Assembly (NCBI GenBank): GCA_963805625.1
Contig: CAWDVE010000010.1
Coordinates: forward strand, 2,016,001 to 2,080,000
Source: an uncultured Candidatus Rokubacteria bacterium
GTDB lineage: Bacteria; Methylomirabilota; Methylomirabilia; Rokubacteriales; DASRDR01
Reading direction: 5' to 3'
DNA length: 64,000 nucleotides
How positions within the stretch are numbered: the stretch's first letter is position 1; the number at the start of each line of letters is the position of its first letter. The position numbers and the translations under genes were made by a program. The notes under the pieces are model-generated. The model was not told the DNA's origin, searched no databases, and saw only the letters and a program-made list of their open reading frames with translations. Positions 28,958 to 39,245 of this stretch are shown here, piece after piece.

Positions 28958-30514
28958 ATGCACGCGCATCGCGCTCGGCACGTGCGTAACGCCCGATCCG
29001 CCTGGATCGCCGTCTCGATCGTCGTCCTGTTGGCGGCCGCCGTCGGGCCAACCGCCGCCCAGACGCCGGTGCGAGGCGGCGCCCTCCGCGTGGGCTGGAT
29101 CGCGGACGCAAAGACTCTGGACCCGCACTTCTCGGTGCAGTTCTCGGAGCGCTACGTCCTCTACATGGTCTTCAACACGCTGGTCGGCCTGGACAAGGCT
29201 TTTAACGTCGTGCCCGAGCTCGCGCGTGCCTGGCAGATCTCCCCGGACGGCAAACACGTGACGTTCCAGCTCCAACGGGGCGTGAAGTTCCACGACGGGA
29301 GCGACTTCACTGCCGACGTCGTCAAGTGGAACATCGAGCGCATCCTGGATCCCCAGACGAAGTCCCCGCAGCGGAGCCAGCTGGAGCCGGCCGTGGCCGC
29401 GGTGACGGTGGCGGATCCCCACACGGTCGTCTTCGAGCTGAAGAAGCCGTTCGCGCCGTTGCTGGCCGCGCTGGCCGAGCGTCCGGGGTTCATCGTGTCG
29501 CCGGCGGCCGTGAAGCAGGCCGGTCCCGACTTCGGCCGGCGCCCGGTCGGGACGGGGCCGTTTCGCTTCGTCGAGTGGGTGGCCGACTCCCAGCTGACGC
29601 TCGAGCGGTTCCCGGATTACTGGGACAAGGGCAAGCCCTACCTCGACCGCGTCACGTTCCGGATCGTCCCCGATCCCACGGTGCGGCTCACCATGGTGCG
29701 GACAGGCGAGGTCGACATCGCCACGGACGTGGACGCCAAGGATGTCCCCGCGCTTCAAGGCGAGGCCGCGCTCCGCGTGTCCGAGATGCGACCCCCTGCG
29801 CGGTGGACGGCGCTCCAGTGGCATGTCGACAAGCCGCCCTTCAACAGCAAAGCGCTCCGGCAGGCAATCGCGCTTGGCATCGATCGGAACGAGCTCAAAG
29901 AGGTGCTGCTGCGCGGTTTCGGCGAGCCGGCGCGCGGCCCGGTCGTGCCCGGGCTCTGGTGGTTCGACCCCGGCTTCAAGGGCTTCGGCCACGACGTCGA
30001 GCAGGCCAAGCGGAAGCTCGCCGAGGCGGGTTATCCGAACGGCTTCCGGCACAAGTTCGTCGTCGAGAACACTCCCCAGTGGATTCGCCAGGCGGAGCTG
30101 CTCCAGGGGCAGCTCCAGAAGATCAACGTGACGCTGGAGCTCGAGCCGGTCAACACCGCGGACGCCTATGCCCTCATCGTCCAGCGGAAGACCAACTGGA
30201 CCCACACCCGCTGGACCCAGCGCGCCGATCCCAGCGGGCTGCTCGCCATCCTGTTCCACAGCAAGGGATTCGCGAACTCGACCGGCTACAACAACCCCCG
30301 GGTGGACGAGCTGCTCGACCGCGCGGCGGCGATCTACGAGCCGGAGCGCCGGAAGCCACTCTATCAGGAGGCCGAGCGGCTCATCGTGGACGATGTCCCA
30401 TACGTGTTCCTCAACTACACGACCGAGTTCGCGGTCATGAACCGCAAGGTCCAGAACTGGGGCTGGATCCCCGACTTGATCCCGCGCTTCCGCGAGCTGT
30501 GGCTCGAGCGCTGA
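28958..30514 (+). CDS. Peptide/nickel ABC substrate-binding protein (family 5)
   Basis: Signal peptide, TLDPH, PELARAW, GVKFHDG, PVGTGPFRF. Confidence 0.93.
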   Translation: MHAHRARHVRNARSAWIAVSIVVLLAAAVGPTAAQTPVRGGALRVGWIADAKTLDPHFSVQFSERYVLYMVFNTLVGLDKAFNVVPELARAWQISPDGKHVTFQLQRGVKFHDGSDFTADVVKWNIERILDPQTKSPQRSQLEPAVAAVTVADPHTVVFELKKPFAPLLAALAERPGFIVSPAAVKQAGPDFGRRPVGTGPFRFVEWVADSQLTLERFPDYWDKGKPYLDRVTFRIVPDPTVRLTMVRTGEVDIATDVDAKDVPALQGEAALRVSEMRPPARWTALQWHVDKPPFNSKALRQAIALGIDRNELKEVLLRGFGEPARGPVVPGLWWFDPGFKGFGHDVEQAKRKLAEAGYPNGFRHKFVVENTPQWIRQAELLQGQLQKINVTLELEPVNTADAYALIVQRKTNWTHTRWTQRADPSGLLAILFHSKGFANSTGYNNPRVDELLDRAAAIYEPERRKPLYQEAERLIVDDVPYVFLNYTTEFAVMNRKVQNWGWIPDLIPRFRELWLER

Positions 30515-30604
30515 TCGGTCACGCCGCACACCCTCGGCCCCGGGCGGATCGCGTGACGGTCTGATGATCGGCCCCAGACCGGGGCCGGGCCCGACCACCT
30601 GACC

Positions 30605-31549
30605 GTGCCCGTCTTCGTGCTTCGCCGCGTGGCGGCGATGCTCTTCGCCATGTTGTTCCTTACCGCGCTGATCTTCATGCTGATGCACGCAATCCTGGGC
30701 GACCCGGTGGTCCTGATGCTGGGCCGCGACGCGGACCCGGCCACGGTGACGCGCCTTCGCCAGGACCTCGGCTTCGACCGGCCCGTGCACGTGCAGTACC
30801 TCGACTGGCTGGGTCGACTCTTGCGGGGCGACTGGGGCCGCTCCTTCCGCACGAGCCAGCCCGTGCTGGGCGCGATCGCCGCCCGGCTGCCGGTGACTCT
30901 CGAGCTGACGCTTCTCGCGCTCGGACTCGCCCTGGGGCTCGCCCTCGTTCTCGGCATCCTCGCCGCGGTGCGCCCCCACGGGCCGCTCGACTTCGGCGTC
31001 TCCGTGCTCACCGCGCTCGGGATCGCCATGCCGAATTTCTGGATCGCGATCCTGCTGATCCTGCTCTTCGCCCTCCACCTCCGCTGGCTTCCCTCCTCCG
31101 GCAGCGTGCCGCTGTCGGAGGACCCGCTCGGGAACCTGCGCGCCATGGCGCTGCCGGCGATCACGCTCAGCGCGGCCTACTTCTCCAACCTGGCCCGCCT
31201 GACGCGGGCCCGGATGCTCGAGGCGCTGGAGAGCGACTACGTGCGGACGGCCCGCGCCAAGGGCGTGCAGGAGCGCCGCGTCCTGTGGGCGCACGCGCTG
31301 CGGAACTCGTTCCTGCCGGTCCTGAGCGTGCTCGGCGTCAGCCTCTCGCGGCTCCTCGGAGGCGCGGTGGTCACCGAGACCGTGTTCGCCCTGCCTGGAG
31401 TCGGCGTCCTCCTCGTCGATTCCATCCTGAGCCGCGACTTCCCCGTCGTGCAGGGCGTGATCGTCGTCGTCACCGTCGGCGTCTTCCTCACGAACCTCCT
31501 CGTCGAGCTGGGCTACGGGCTGGTGGATCCGCGGGTGCGGCATGAGTAG
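30605..31549 (+). CDS. Peptide/nickel ABC permease (DppB-like)
   Basis: GDWGRSF, MPNFW, DYVRTARAKG, TETVFALPGVG, DPRVR. Confidence 0.93.
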   Translation: MPVFVLRRVAAMLFAMLFLTALIFMLMHAILGDPVVLMLGRDADPATVTRLRQDLGFDRPVHVQYLDWLGRLLRGDWGRSFRTSQPVLGAIAARLPVTLELTLLALGLALGLALVLGILAAVRPHGPLDFGVSVLTALGIAMPNFWIAILLILLFALHLRWLPSSGSVPLSEDPLGNLRAMALPAITLSAAYFSNLARLTRARMLEALESDYVRTARAKGVQERRVLWAHALRNSFLPVLSVLGVSLSRLLGGAVVTETVFALPGVGVLLVDSILSRDFPVVQGVIVVVTVGVFLTNLLVELGYGLVDPRVRHE

Positions 31550-32384
31550 GCGGACCGCGCAGGTCGCCGCCGGCGCCGCCGTCATCGGCGCCGCTCTCCT
31601 GTGCGCCGGGCTCGGCGCGCGCCTCGCGCCGCACGACCCGCTGCGCTACGACGTCCGCAGCACCCTCCGCGCCCCGAGCCCGGCGCACCCGCTCGGGACC
31701 GATCCCCTCGGACGCGACGTGCTGAGCCAGGTGATTACCGGAGCTCGCGTCTCGATGGTTGCCGGCGTGGTCTCGGTGATCGTGGGCATGGCGGCCGGGA
31801 CCGCGGTGGGCCTGGTGGCGGGGACCGCCCGCGGCCGCGCGGCCGGCCTCCTGATGCGCGCCATGGACAGCCTCCTCGTATTCCCGTCCCTCGTGCTGGC
31901 GCTGGCCATCACCGCCTTCCTCGGCGTGAGCCTGTGGAACGTGATCGTCGCGCTCGCGGTGACGTTCCTGCCGACGTTCGCGATCCTCGTCCGCGGGGAG
32001 GTGCTGTCGCTGCGGGAGCGCGACTTCGTCACCGCCGCCTGGGCGCTCGGATCCCGCCGGGCGCGGGTCATGTGGCGCCATCTCCTGCCGAACGTCGGCG
32101 ACGTCCTGCTGGTCCAGGCCTCGTTCGGCGTCGGGACCGCGATCCTGACCGAGGCGAGCCTGAGTTTCCTCGGGCTCGGAGTGCCGCCGCCCGTCCTTTC
32201 CTGGGGTCGCATGCTGAGGGAAGGCTACTCGTATCTCCTGTTGGCGCCGTGGATCTCGGTTGCGTCGGGCGCCGCGATTTTCGTCGTCGTGCTGGCCTTC
32301 CAGTTGCTGGCGGACGGCCTCCAGGACATCTTCGCCCGGCGGGCCGGTGGCGCGGGGCCTCGCGGGATGGTCGGCAGGGGGTAG
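31542..32384 (+). CDS. Peptide/nickel ABC permease (DppC-like)
   Basis: HPLGTDPLGRD, HLLPN, EASLSFLGLG, SWGRML. Confidence 0.93.
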   Translation: MSRRTAQVAAGAAVIGAALLCAGLGARLAPHDPLRYDVRSTLRAPSPAHPLGTDPLGRDVLSQVITGARVSMVAGVVSVIVGMAAGTAVGLVAGTARGRAAGLLMRAMDSLLVFPSLVLALAITAFLGVSLWNVIVALAVTFLPTFAILVRGEVLSLRERDFVTAAWALGSRRARVMWRHLLPNVGDVLLVQASFGVGTAILTEASLSFLGLGVPPPVLSWGRMLREGYSYLLLAPWISVASGAAIFVVVLAFQLLADGLQDIFARRAGGAGPRGMVGRG

Positions 32385-32648
32385 AGAGGGCCCTCGGGCT
32401 TCGACCCGTCCCATCGCGGCGTCCGGACCACGCGGCGGGCCACGCCGCGCGGTCGGCCGGCGAGCATACGGCAGCGACCGAAGTAGCCCTGGAGCCGGAC
32501 GGTAGTCGACATGAGGCCGGTTCCCGGCCCAAATGGCCGGCGGACGACGAGCCCGAGGGGCGCAGAAGGTCGCGCGGACGACCGTCGCATGGGGGGCGCC
32601 CGCGAGCGCGGCCGGGCTTCGGGCTATGCTCGGCGCTGCGGCAGCGCC

Positions 32649-32805
32649 TCAGTCCAGGCGCCTCAGTTCTGCCCGTGCCGGCTCCAGCCAGGAGCGCATG
32701 TCCATCTCGCCGTACATCGCCGTCGCGGTCGTCAGGTGCTCCTCGGCCTGCTCGCGTTTGCCCGTCCGCCGGTAGAGTCGCCCGAGGCCGAGGTGGCAGG
32801 CGACT
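32649..32805 (-). pseudogene. C-terminal remnant of an adenylate cyclase-AAA-TPR protein
   Basis: VACHLGLGRLYRRTGKREQAEEHLTTATAMYGEMDMRSWLEPARAEL aligns with the C-terminus of 58683-62048 (HLGLGRLYRRLG...AEEHLTAAAMMYRGLDM). Confidence 0.7.
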
Positions 32806-32945
32806 CGACGAAGTGGCGGGACGCACGGACACGGCCCCGCGCCCCCGCGCACGCGAGCGCCCCCGAGCGGGGCCGGGTCGACGGCCAGGCGCCCCGGCGC
32901 TGCGCCACTCGATTCATCGCTCGGTCGGGGGCGATCGGCGGGGAG

Positions 32946-33617
32946 CTACGCGTCTCCTTCATTCCAGGCTTTGACGATGTGCTCGGACCGCGTCACGAGC
33001 GTGAGGCGCCGCAGGAACGCCATCGCCTCATCGTGGTACTCCTTCTGCATCGGCCCGACCAGATCTTCTGGCACGACGACGAAGAAGCCGAGGTTGATGG
33101 CGTGCCACGCGGTCGGGAGGATGCCCACCTCGGTGGCGATGCCGGTGTGAATGATCGTCCGCACGCGGTGGAGCCGCAGCAGGTACTCGAGCGGGGTACC
33201 GATAAAGGCGTCGACCCGATACTTGTCGATGATGGTCTCGCCAGGCCCCGGCTTGAGCGCATCCACGGTCTGGCAGCCCCAAGTACCGTGAATCGACGAC
33301 TCGAGGGTCCAGCGCCGGACGGGGTCGGTCAGCACCGCGTAGTTGTCGCGGACCCGCGTATCCGGGAAGGTCGCGACGTTCGGGAGGTTCGTGTACTGCG
33401 TGTACATGACACGGACCTTCTGCGCCCGCGCAGCGTCGAGAAAGCCGGCGATCGGCGCGACGATCCCGGTGACATCGATCCGGCGCCCGGCCTTGGCGAA
33501 GACGCCGTCGGGGCCAGTGTTGTCGTTCTGAATGTCGTGCATGATCACCACGGTGTGCGCCGGGTCGACGATCTCGGCGAGAGTCTGCGGAATCTCCCGG
33601 CCTTCCCACTTCAGCAT
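32946..33617 (-). CDS. Isochorismatase-family hydrolase (Cys-less, YecD-like)
   Basis: MHDIQND, DKYRVDAFIGT, TGIATEVGILPT (Gly at the nucleophile Cys position). Confidence 0.85.
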   Translation of the reverse strand: MLKWEGREIPQTLAEIVDPAHTVVIMHDIQNDNTGPDGVFAKAGRRIDVTGIVAPIAGFLDAARAQKVRVMYTQYTNLPNVATFPDTRVRDNYAVLTDPVRRWTLESSIHGTWGCQTVDALKPGPGETIIDKYRVDAFIGTPLEYLLRLHRVRTIIHTGIATEVGILPTAWHAINLGFFVVVPEDLVGPMQKEYHDEAMAFLRRLTLVTRSEHIVKAWNEGDA

Positions 33618-33705
33618 TGCTGGTCCTTTCTAGTTGAGGTCATGGAGTCGGTGACGCTCGGTCGGCGCGCGAGCGCGCTGCGGCCCCCGTCCCGGCACAC
33701 GGCGC

Positions 33706-34743
33706 TCACGCGGACGCGACGGTGACGCCGAGGCGAGGCACGACCTGCTCGACAAAGGCGCCCAGGACCTCCCCGACGTTCCGGCCGGGGGGGGCGTGAG
33801 GCCGGATGGTGATGGAGGTGATCGCCGGGCGCAACAGGACGGCGATCTGATCGGCCACCCGCTCCGGACGGCCCGCCAGCACCGTCCGGTCGACGGCCGC
33901 CTCCGGCAAGGCCGCCGCGGCCTCGTCGAGCCGGCTCGTGTCCTTGGCGGCGGCGATCTCCGTGAAGCGCTCGGGCATCCGCAAGTCCAGCCGCTCCAGG
34001 AAGTCCCAGTGCGGATACCCGGCGATCAACCGCGCCGCGACACGGCGGCGCATGACGCCCCGCGCGGCCGCCTCGTCCGCGTCGATGCAGACCTCCGGCC
34101 GGAGGGACACGTCCAGGTCGTCGAGCGTCCGGCCCGTCCGGGCCCGTCCCTCGCGAAGCTGCTCGAGGTAGAAGTCAAGCGCGCTCGGCACCAGCGTGTT
34201 GGCGACGAGGACGCCATCCGCCACCTCGCCGGCGAGCCGCATGACCTGGGCGCCGTGCGTCGCGAAGTAGATGGGGATGGACTTCCGGACCGGCGTGAAC
34301 TGAAGCTTCCCTTCGTAGAGCTCCACGACCTTGCCCCGGACGGTCAGGCGCTCGCCCCCGAGCAGGCGCCGGACGACGTCGACCGTCTCCCGGAGGGCGG
34401 CCACGGGCAGCTTGGCGGTGATCCCGAGCTCCCGGAACCCCGTGCCGCCGATCCCGAGCCCGAGGAGTGCCCGGCCGCCCGAGAGCTCGTCAAACGTCGC
34501 GAGGGTCGCGGCGGTGACCCCCGGGTGCCGGGAGTAGGGGTCGGCCACCCCGGGGCCCAGCTCGATGCGGTGGGTGCTCATGGCGAGCGCCGCCAAGCCC
34601 ACGAAGCACTCGCGAAACAGCCGGAGGTCCGTGTACCAGAGCTGATGGTACCCGAGCGACTCCACCAGGCGGCCTAGCTGGATGAGCTCCGCGGCCCGGT
34701 ATTCGGCGTTCAAGAGGCAGCCGATCCGCAGGGATCGTGTCAT
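33706..34743 (-). CDS. LLM-class flavin/F420-dependent oxidoreductase (Mer-like)
   Basis: IELGPGVADPYSRHP, ATFDELSGGRALLGLGIG, LAGEVADGV. Confidence 0.9.
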   Translation of the reverse strand: MTRSLRIGCLLNAEYRAAELIQLGRLVESLGYHQLWYTDLRLFRECFVGLAALAMSTHRIELGPGVADPYSRHPGVTAATLATFDELSGGRALLGLGIGGTGFRELGITAKLPVAALRETVDVVRRLLGGERLTVRGKVVELYEGKLQFTPVRKSIPIYFATHGAQVMRLAGEVADGVLVANTLVPSALDFYLEQLREGRARTGRTLDDLDVSLRPEVCIDADEAAARGVMRRRVAARLIAGYPHWDFLERLDLRMPERFTEIAAAKDTSRLDEAAAALPEAAVDRTVLAGRPERVADQIAVLLRPAITSITIRPHAPPGRNVGEVLGAFVEQVVPRLGVTVASA

Positions 34744-34775
34744 AGGTCTCCTTCTCGACGGCAGGCGACGCCGGA

Positions 34776-34822
34776 CCGCTCGGCCGGGGGCCGGTTCTCG
34801 GAACCGGCCCCCGGCCGAGCGG
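34776..34822. repeat. Perfect 22-bp inverted repeat inside an operon
   Basis: CCGCTCGGCCGGGGGCCGGTTC-tcg-GAACCGGCCCCCGGCCGAGCGG. Confidence 0.75.
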
Positions 34823-34823
34823 G

Positions 34824-35246
34824 TCAGCGCCCGAGCTTCGCCGCGGCCGCCCGGAGCATCGCCCCAGCCTCGGCCTTGATGGCCGAGACGTTCGGCGCGC
34901 CGCCGGCGATCGCGAAGACGTTGATCGCCGGTTCGCCCGTCGCCTTCAGCGTGTACTGGTAGCCCTTAGGGAGGAAGATCTGCTCGCCCTGGCGAATCGT
35001 GGCCTCCCCCGCATCCCCTTGACCGTTGTCCCAGGCGACTCTGATGCTGCCCTGGGCCACGTAGAAGGCTTCCTCCGCCTTCCCCTGCCACTTCATGTCG
35101 GCCATGTCGGCCGCGTGGTGGCACACTCCCATCCGCAGCATCTCGGTGCCGACCGTCTCCTGACACACGTTGTAGACGGTGCCCATGCCCTTGGCGAGCT
35201 CGACCGGCGGAATCGCCGCCTTCCCGATCGTGACGACCTTGCTCAT
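34824..35246 (-). CDS. Cupin domain protein
   Basis: EEAFYVAQGSI...GEQIFLPKGYQY cupin-barrel pattern; RBS present. Confidence 0.8.
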   Translation of the reverse strand: MSKVVTIGKAAIPPVELAKGMGTVYNVCQETVGTEMLRMGVCHHAADMADMKWQGKAEEAFYVAQGSIRVAWDNGQGDAGEATIRQGEQIFLPKGYQYTLKATGEPAINVFAIAGGAPNVSAIKAEAGAMLRAAAAKLGR

Positions 35247-35273
35247 CGTTCCTCTCGCTCCTCTTGGGTGTAA

Positions 35274-35474
35274 TCAGGCCGTCGGGCGCTGTCGGTCCGG
35301 CCAGAGCAGCCCCCCGATCGCCCAGTTCTCTCGCTTGACCTCCTCGATGATCACGTGCACCCCCTCCGGGGTGTTGCCCGTGACGCGGGCCACCACGTCC
35401 GTGACCTCCTTGACGAGCTGTCGCTTCTGGTCGACCGACCGCCCGTCGTACATCTCGATCCGCACTACCGGCAT
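35274..35474 (-). CDS. 4-oxalocrotonate tautomerase family protein
   Basis: Pro-1, GRSVDQKRQLV, VHVIIEEV..ENWAIGG; AAAGGAGG RBS. Confidence 0.93.
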   Translation of the reverse strand: MPVVRIEMYDGRSVDQKRQLVKEVTDVVARVTGNTPEGVHVIIEEVKRENWAIGGLLWPDRQRPTA

Positions 35475-35525
35475 GCCAGGCCTCCTTTCGATCTCGACTC
35501 CGCCGAGGGGTCCCGACCACGGGGC

Positions 35526-36413
35526 TCAGGCGAGGAAGCTCCGCAGTCTCGGGTTCAGCGCGACGTTCAAGCCGTCCCCGAGTACGTTCAACAGCAGCAC
35601 GAGCGCGAAGATCGCCGCACCGGGAAAGGCCGGCACCCACCAGGCGCTGGTCGCGTACTCGAGGCCGCTAGTCAGCATCTGACCGAGGCTCACGACGTTC
35701 GGGTCTCCGACGCCCAGAAAGCTCAGCGACGCCTCGGTCAGGATGCCCGACGAGGCCAGCAGGGCGACCATCGCGATGACCGGGGGCAGCGTGTTGGGAA
35801 GGATCTCGCGGAACATCAGCTTGGCGTCGCTGACCCCGAGCGCCCGGGCGCCCAGCACGAAGGCCTCCTCGCGCAGCGCGAGGACTTCGGCGCGGACGAT
35901 CCGCGCGATCTGCGGCCACGTCGTGACGCCGAGCAGAACGACCACGAACACGAGTCGGCCCCCGAAGAGGAACGCGATGGACAGGACCAGAAAGAAGGTC
36001 GGAACGATCAACAGCGCATCGGCCGCCCGCATCACCACGTGGTCCACCCAGCCGCCGTAGTAGCCGGCGACCGAGCCGAGGGCGACCCCGATGGACATCC
36101 CGATGAGCGCCACCGTGGTGCCAACAACCAGGGAGGTGTTCACCCCGTGCAGCACGCGCCCGAGGATGTCGCGGCCGAGGTAGTCGGTGCCCAGCGGGTG
36201 GTGGCGCGACGGCGCGTCGAGCACGCGCGCGGAGATCGCCTCGGGCTCCACGGCGAGCAGCAGAACCGCGGCCGGGGTCGTGATGGTGACGGCGACGAGC
36301 GTGTACAGCGCGAACCGCGCGGCCCGGTGGCGTCGGAAGACACGCCAGAAGTCGTCCATTCCCCGCAGGCGCTCCCGGATCCAAGAGAGGACGGGGACGG
36401 TCCGGTCAGGCAT
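35526..36413 (-). CDS. Peptide/nickel ABC permease (DppC-like)
   Basis: HPLGTDYLGRD, EILPN, EASLSFLG, LNVLGDGL. Confidence 0.92.
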   Translation of the reverse strand: MPDRTVPVLSWIRERLRGMDDFWRVFRRHRAARFALYTLVAVTITTPAAVLLLAVEPEAISARVLDAPSRHHPLGTDYLGRDILGRVLHGVNTSLVVGTTVALIGMSIGVALGSVAGYYGGWVDHVVMRAADALLIVPTFFLVLSIAFLFGGRLVFVVVLLGVTTWPQIARIVRAEVLALREEAFVLGARALGVSDAKLMFREILPNTLPPVIAMVALLASSGILTEASLSFLGVGDPNVVSLGQMLTSGLEYATSAWWVPAFPGAAIFALVLLLNVLGDGLNVALNPRLRSFLA

Positions 36414-37377
36414 AGCGGACGCGCGGGTCGAGCACGACATAGAGGAGGTCGACGACGAGGTTGGCAAGCACGACCGCGATCCCGATCACGATGAAGACGC
36501 CGAGCACGACGGGGTAGTCGTGCTGGATGATGGCGTTGAAGGTGAGCCGGCCCATCCCGGGCCAGGCGAAGACGACCTCGGTCATCACGGCGCCCGCGAA
36601 CATGGTGCCCAGGTGAAGGCCGAGGATGGTCAGGATCGGGCGCGCGGCGTTGCGGAGGGCGTGCCGGTACACCACGCGGGTCTCCGACAGGCCCTTCATT
36701 CGGGCCGTCGTGAGGTAGGGCTTCCGGGATTCCTCGAGCATGGACGCGCGCGTGAGCCGCGCGAAGGCCGCCAGGTACCACCAGACAAGCACCCCGAGCG
36801 GCATCGCGATGTGAGCGGCGACGTCCAGCGCATACGCCAGGCCGCGCGCGGACGACCCCAGGGTGTACATGCCCTGGGTCGGCAGCCATCGGAGGCTGCT
36901 CGCGAAGACAACGATGAAGATGATCCCGAGCCAGAAGGGGGGCGTCGAGTACCCGACCATCGATACCGCGCCGATGACATAGTCGTACCAGGAGTTCAGC
37001 CGGCGCGAGGACTCGATGCCGAGGAGGACCCCGAGCCCGGTGGCGAGGACGAGGCTGGGAACCATGAGCAGGAGCGTGTTGGGAATGATGCGAACGAGCA
37101 TCGCGCCGACCGGCTGCTGGTTCACCTGCGAGTACCCGAGGTTGCCGCGAAGAAGGTTGAGCACGTACGCGGAGTACTGCTGCCAGAGCGGGCGGTCCAG
37201 GCCCCACTGGCGTCGGATGTTGTCGAGGGTCTCCGCGCTCACGTTCTGCGCTCCGTAGAGATACAGGACCGGGTCGCCTGGCGCGAGCCGCATCACGAAG
37301 AAGCCGAGCGTGATGACGAGCAGGACGAGGCCGACGCTCTGCATCACGCGCCCCACGACGTAGCTCCACAGTGACAT
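36406..37377 (-). CDS. Peptide/nickel ABC permease (DppB-like)
   Basis: APGDP, TPPFW, YLTTARMKG, TEVVFAWPGMG, LDPRVR. Confidence 0.92.
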   Translation of the reverse strand: MSLWSYVVGRVMQSVGLVLLVITLGFFVMRLAPGDPVLYLYGAQNVSAETLDNIRRQWGLDRPLWQQYSAYVLNLLRGNLGYSQVNQQPVGAMLVRIIPNTLLLMVPSLVLATGLGVLLGIESSRRLNSWYDYVIGAVSMVGYSTPPFWLGIIFIVVFASSLRWLPTQGMYTLGSSARGLAYALDVAAHIAMPLGVLVWWYLAAFARLTRASMLEESRKPYLTTARMKGLSETRVVYRHALRNAARPILTILGLHLGTMFAGAVMTEVVFAWPGMGRLTFNAIIQHDYPVVLGVFIVIGIAVVLANLVVDLLYVVLDPRVRYA

Positions 37378-37472
37378 CGGCGGTGCGGGGCCGCGTCATC
37401 GTCCACGCGGGCGGCCGCCGCGGTGGGGGGTCGGCCCCGGGGGCCCGAGCGGCCCCCGGGTGGCTTCTCGCG

Positions 37473-39089
37473 TCACGTGTTCAACCAGGCGCCCTCCACC
37501 GAGGTCAGCGTGCCGGTCAGGGCGTCCATGCTGTGGAGCCCCTCGACCTGCCGGCGAAACATGTCGAGGCCCACCGCGCTGTACAGCGGGATCACCGCTG
37601 TCTCGTCGAACGCGATCCTCTGGGCCTCGAGGTAGAGGCCCTTACGCTTCTCCTGGACCGCCGTGGCCCGGGCCGCCTCGATCAGCTCGGTCGCCCGCGG
37701 GTGGTTCCACTGGGCGTAGTTCGCCCCGCCCGGCTTGACGTTCCGGCCGCTCAGGTAGTCCATCACGTACGCCGGATCCACCTGCCGGGACAGGAAGATG
37801 CTCCAGATGCAGCCGGCGGTGTCCCGATCCTGGCGGATCCGTGCGATGTACGTGGCCCATGTGTAGCTCTTGATGCTGGCCTCGATGCCGATCGGCACCA
37901 GCATCGCCTTCAGGGCCTCGGACAGCTTCACGCGGAATCCCTCGGTGGCGAGGAGCGTCACCGCGAAGCGCGTTCCACCCTTCCGGGGGAGTCCGGCTTC
38001 GTCGAGCAGCTGATTGGCCTTCGCCGGATTGAACTCCGACTTGATCGCCGGATCGTGCGCCCACGTGAGAGCGGGCAGGTTGCCGATGTAGGAGTCCTGC
38101 ACCCGGCCGAACCCCTGCAGCAGTGCCTTGACGATCAGCTCCTTGTTGATCGCGAGGGCGATCGCCCGGCGCACCTTGGGATTGTCGAAGGGCGGGGCCG
38201 CGCAGTTCATCCAGAGGTTCTGATTGAAGTTCTGCACGAACTCCTGGAAGAGGATGTTCGGCGGCTTGGCATCGACAAGCTGTCGCACCTGAGCGTAGGG
38301 AAGGCCGCCCGGCATCCCTTGCGACAGAACCGCGTCCAGCTCGCCGTTCTTGAAGGCCTCGATGCCGGTCGCCGCGTCCGACACCACCTTGAAGATCACC
38401 TGGTCGACGTACGGCTTGCCCTTGCGGAAATAGGCGCGGTTGGCCTCGAAGGCGAGGTGGCTGGACCGCTGCCATTCCTTCAGCTTGAAGGGCCCGGTGC
38501 CGATCGGCATGGTCAGCGCGGGGTTCCTCCGGAAATCGCTGCCGGCCCAGACGTGCTTGGGCAGGATGCCCACGGCCGAGATGCCGGGCATCATGAGGAC
38601 GTTGGGGCCGTCGAACTTCAGGCTCACCGTGTACTTGTCGGGCGTCTCGACCGCCTTCAGGTTGGCGACGTACACGTTGAGCGGCGAGGCCACCTTCGAG
38701 TCGGCGATGCTCTCGTAGGTGAACCGGACGTCCTCGGCCGTGCACTCCTTGCCGTCGTGGAACATGACGCCCGGGGTCAGGCGGAACGTGAACGTGTCCG
38801 CCGTGTCGGAGATCGTCCAGCTCCGCGCGAGGCCGGGAACGAGCTCGCCCGTCGAGCCGTAGTCAGTGAGGCCGTTGTAGACCATCCGCTGCGTCTCCGG
38901 CCAGTTCGTGCCTTCCAGCGCGGGGTTGAAGCCCACGGCCGGCTCGATCTGCAGGAGGCGCAGGGTCCCGCCGCGCTTGGGCTCGCTGGCCGCGACGCGT
39001 CGCACGCCGCGAGCCGTCCCGGCCGTGACTGCGGCGCCGGCGGCGGCGAGGCGGAGGAAACCGCGTCGGGTGACGGTGCCGTTTCTCAT
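37473..39089 (-). CDS. Peptide/nickel ABC substrate-binding protein (Tat-exported)
   Basis: TRRGFL Tat motif, PGLARSW, GVMFHDG, PIGTGPFKL. Confidence 0.92.
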   Translation of the reverse strand: MRNGTVTRRGFLRLAAAGAAVTAGTARGVRRVAASEPKRGGTLRLLQIEPAVGFNPALEGTNWPETQRMVYNGLTDYGSTGELVPGLARSWTISDTADTFTFRLTPGVMFHDGKECTAEDVRFTYESIADSKVASPLNVYVANLKAVETPDKYTVSLKFDGPNVLMMPGISAVGILPKHVWAGSDFRRNPALTMPIGTGPFKLKEWQRSSHLAFEANRAYFRKGKPYVDQVIFKVVSDAATGIEAFKNGELDAVLSQGMPGGLPYAQVRQLVDAKPPNILFQEFVQNFNQNLWMNCAAPPFDNPKVRRAIALAINKELIVKALLQGFGRVQDSYIGNLPALTWAHDPAIKSEFNPAKANQLLDEAGLPRKGGTRFAVTLLATEGFRVKLSEALKAMLVPIGIEASIKSYTWATYIARIRQDRDTAGCIWSIFLSRQVDPAYVMDYLSGRNVKPGGANYAQWNHPRATELIEAARATAVQEKRKGLYLEAQRIAFDETAVIPLYSAVGLDMFRRQVEGLHSMDALTGTLTSVEGAWLNT

Positions 39090-39245
39090 ATCATGCCTCC
39101 GTCCTTGTGGATCCCAGGAGTGTGACGACCGGTCAGCCGCCGGAGACGGGGGCTTCCGCCGCATCGAGGGTCTGTGCGGAGCGTATCGGTAGTGGATCCG
39201 TTTCCCTCGCCTGACCGCGACCGACAGGGTTGTTCGATGGCACTT

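Noticed and set aside
28853-31585. 910-aa minus-strand ORF and similar long antisense ORFs (5-1003, 37371-39125, 52034-53875)
   Set aside because: They mirror well-supported genes on the other strand and have no motifs of their own.
32946-33617. Missing catalytic Cys as a novelty
   Set aside because: Cys-less isochorismatase-family members such as YecD-like proteins are already known.
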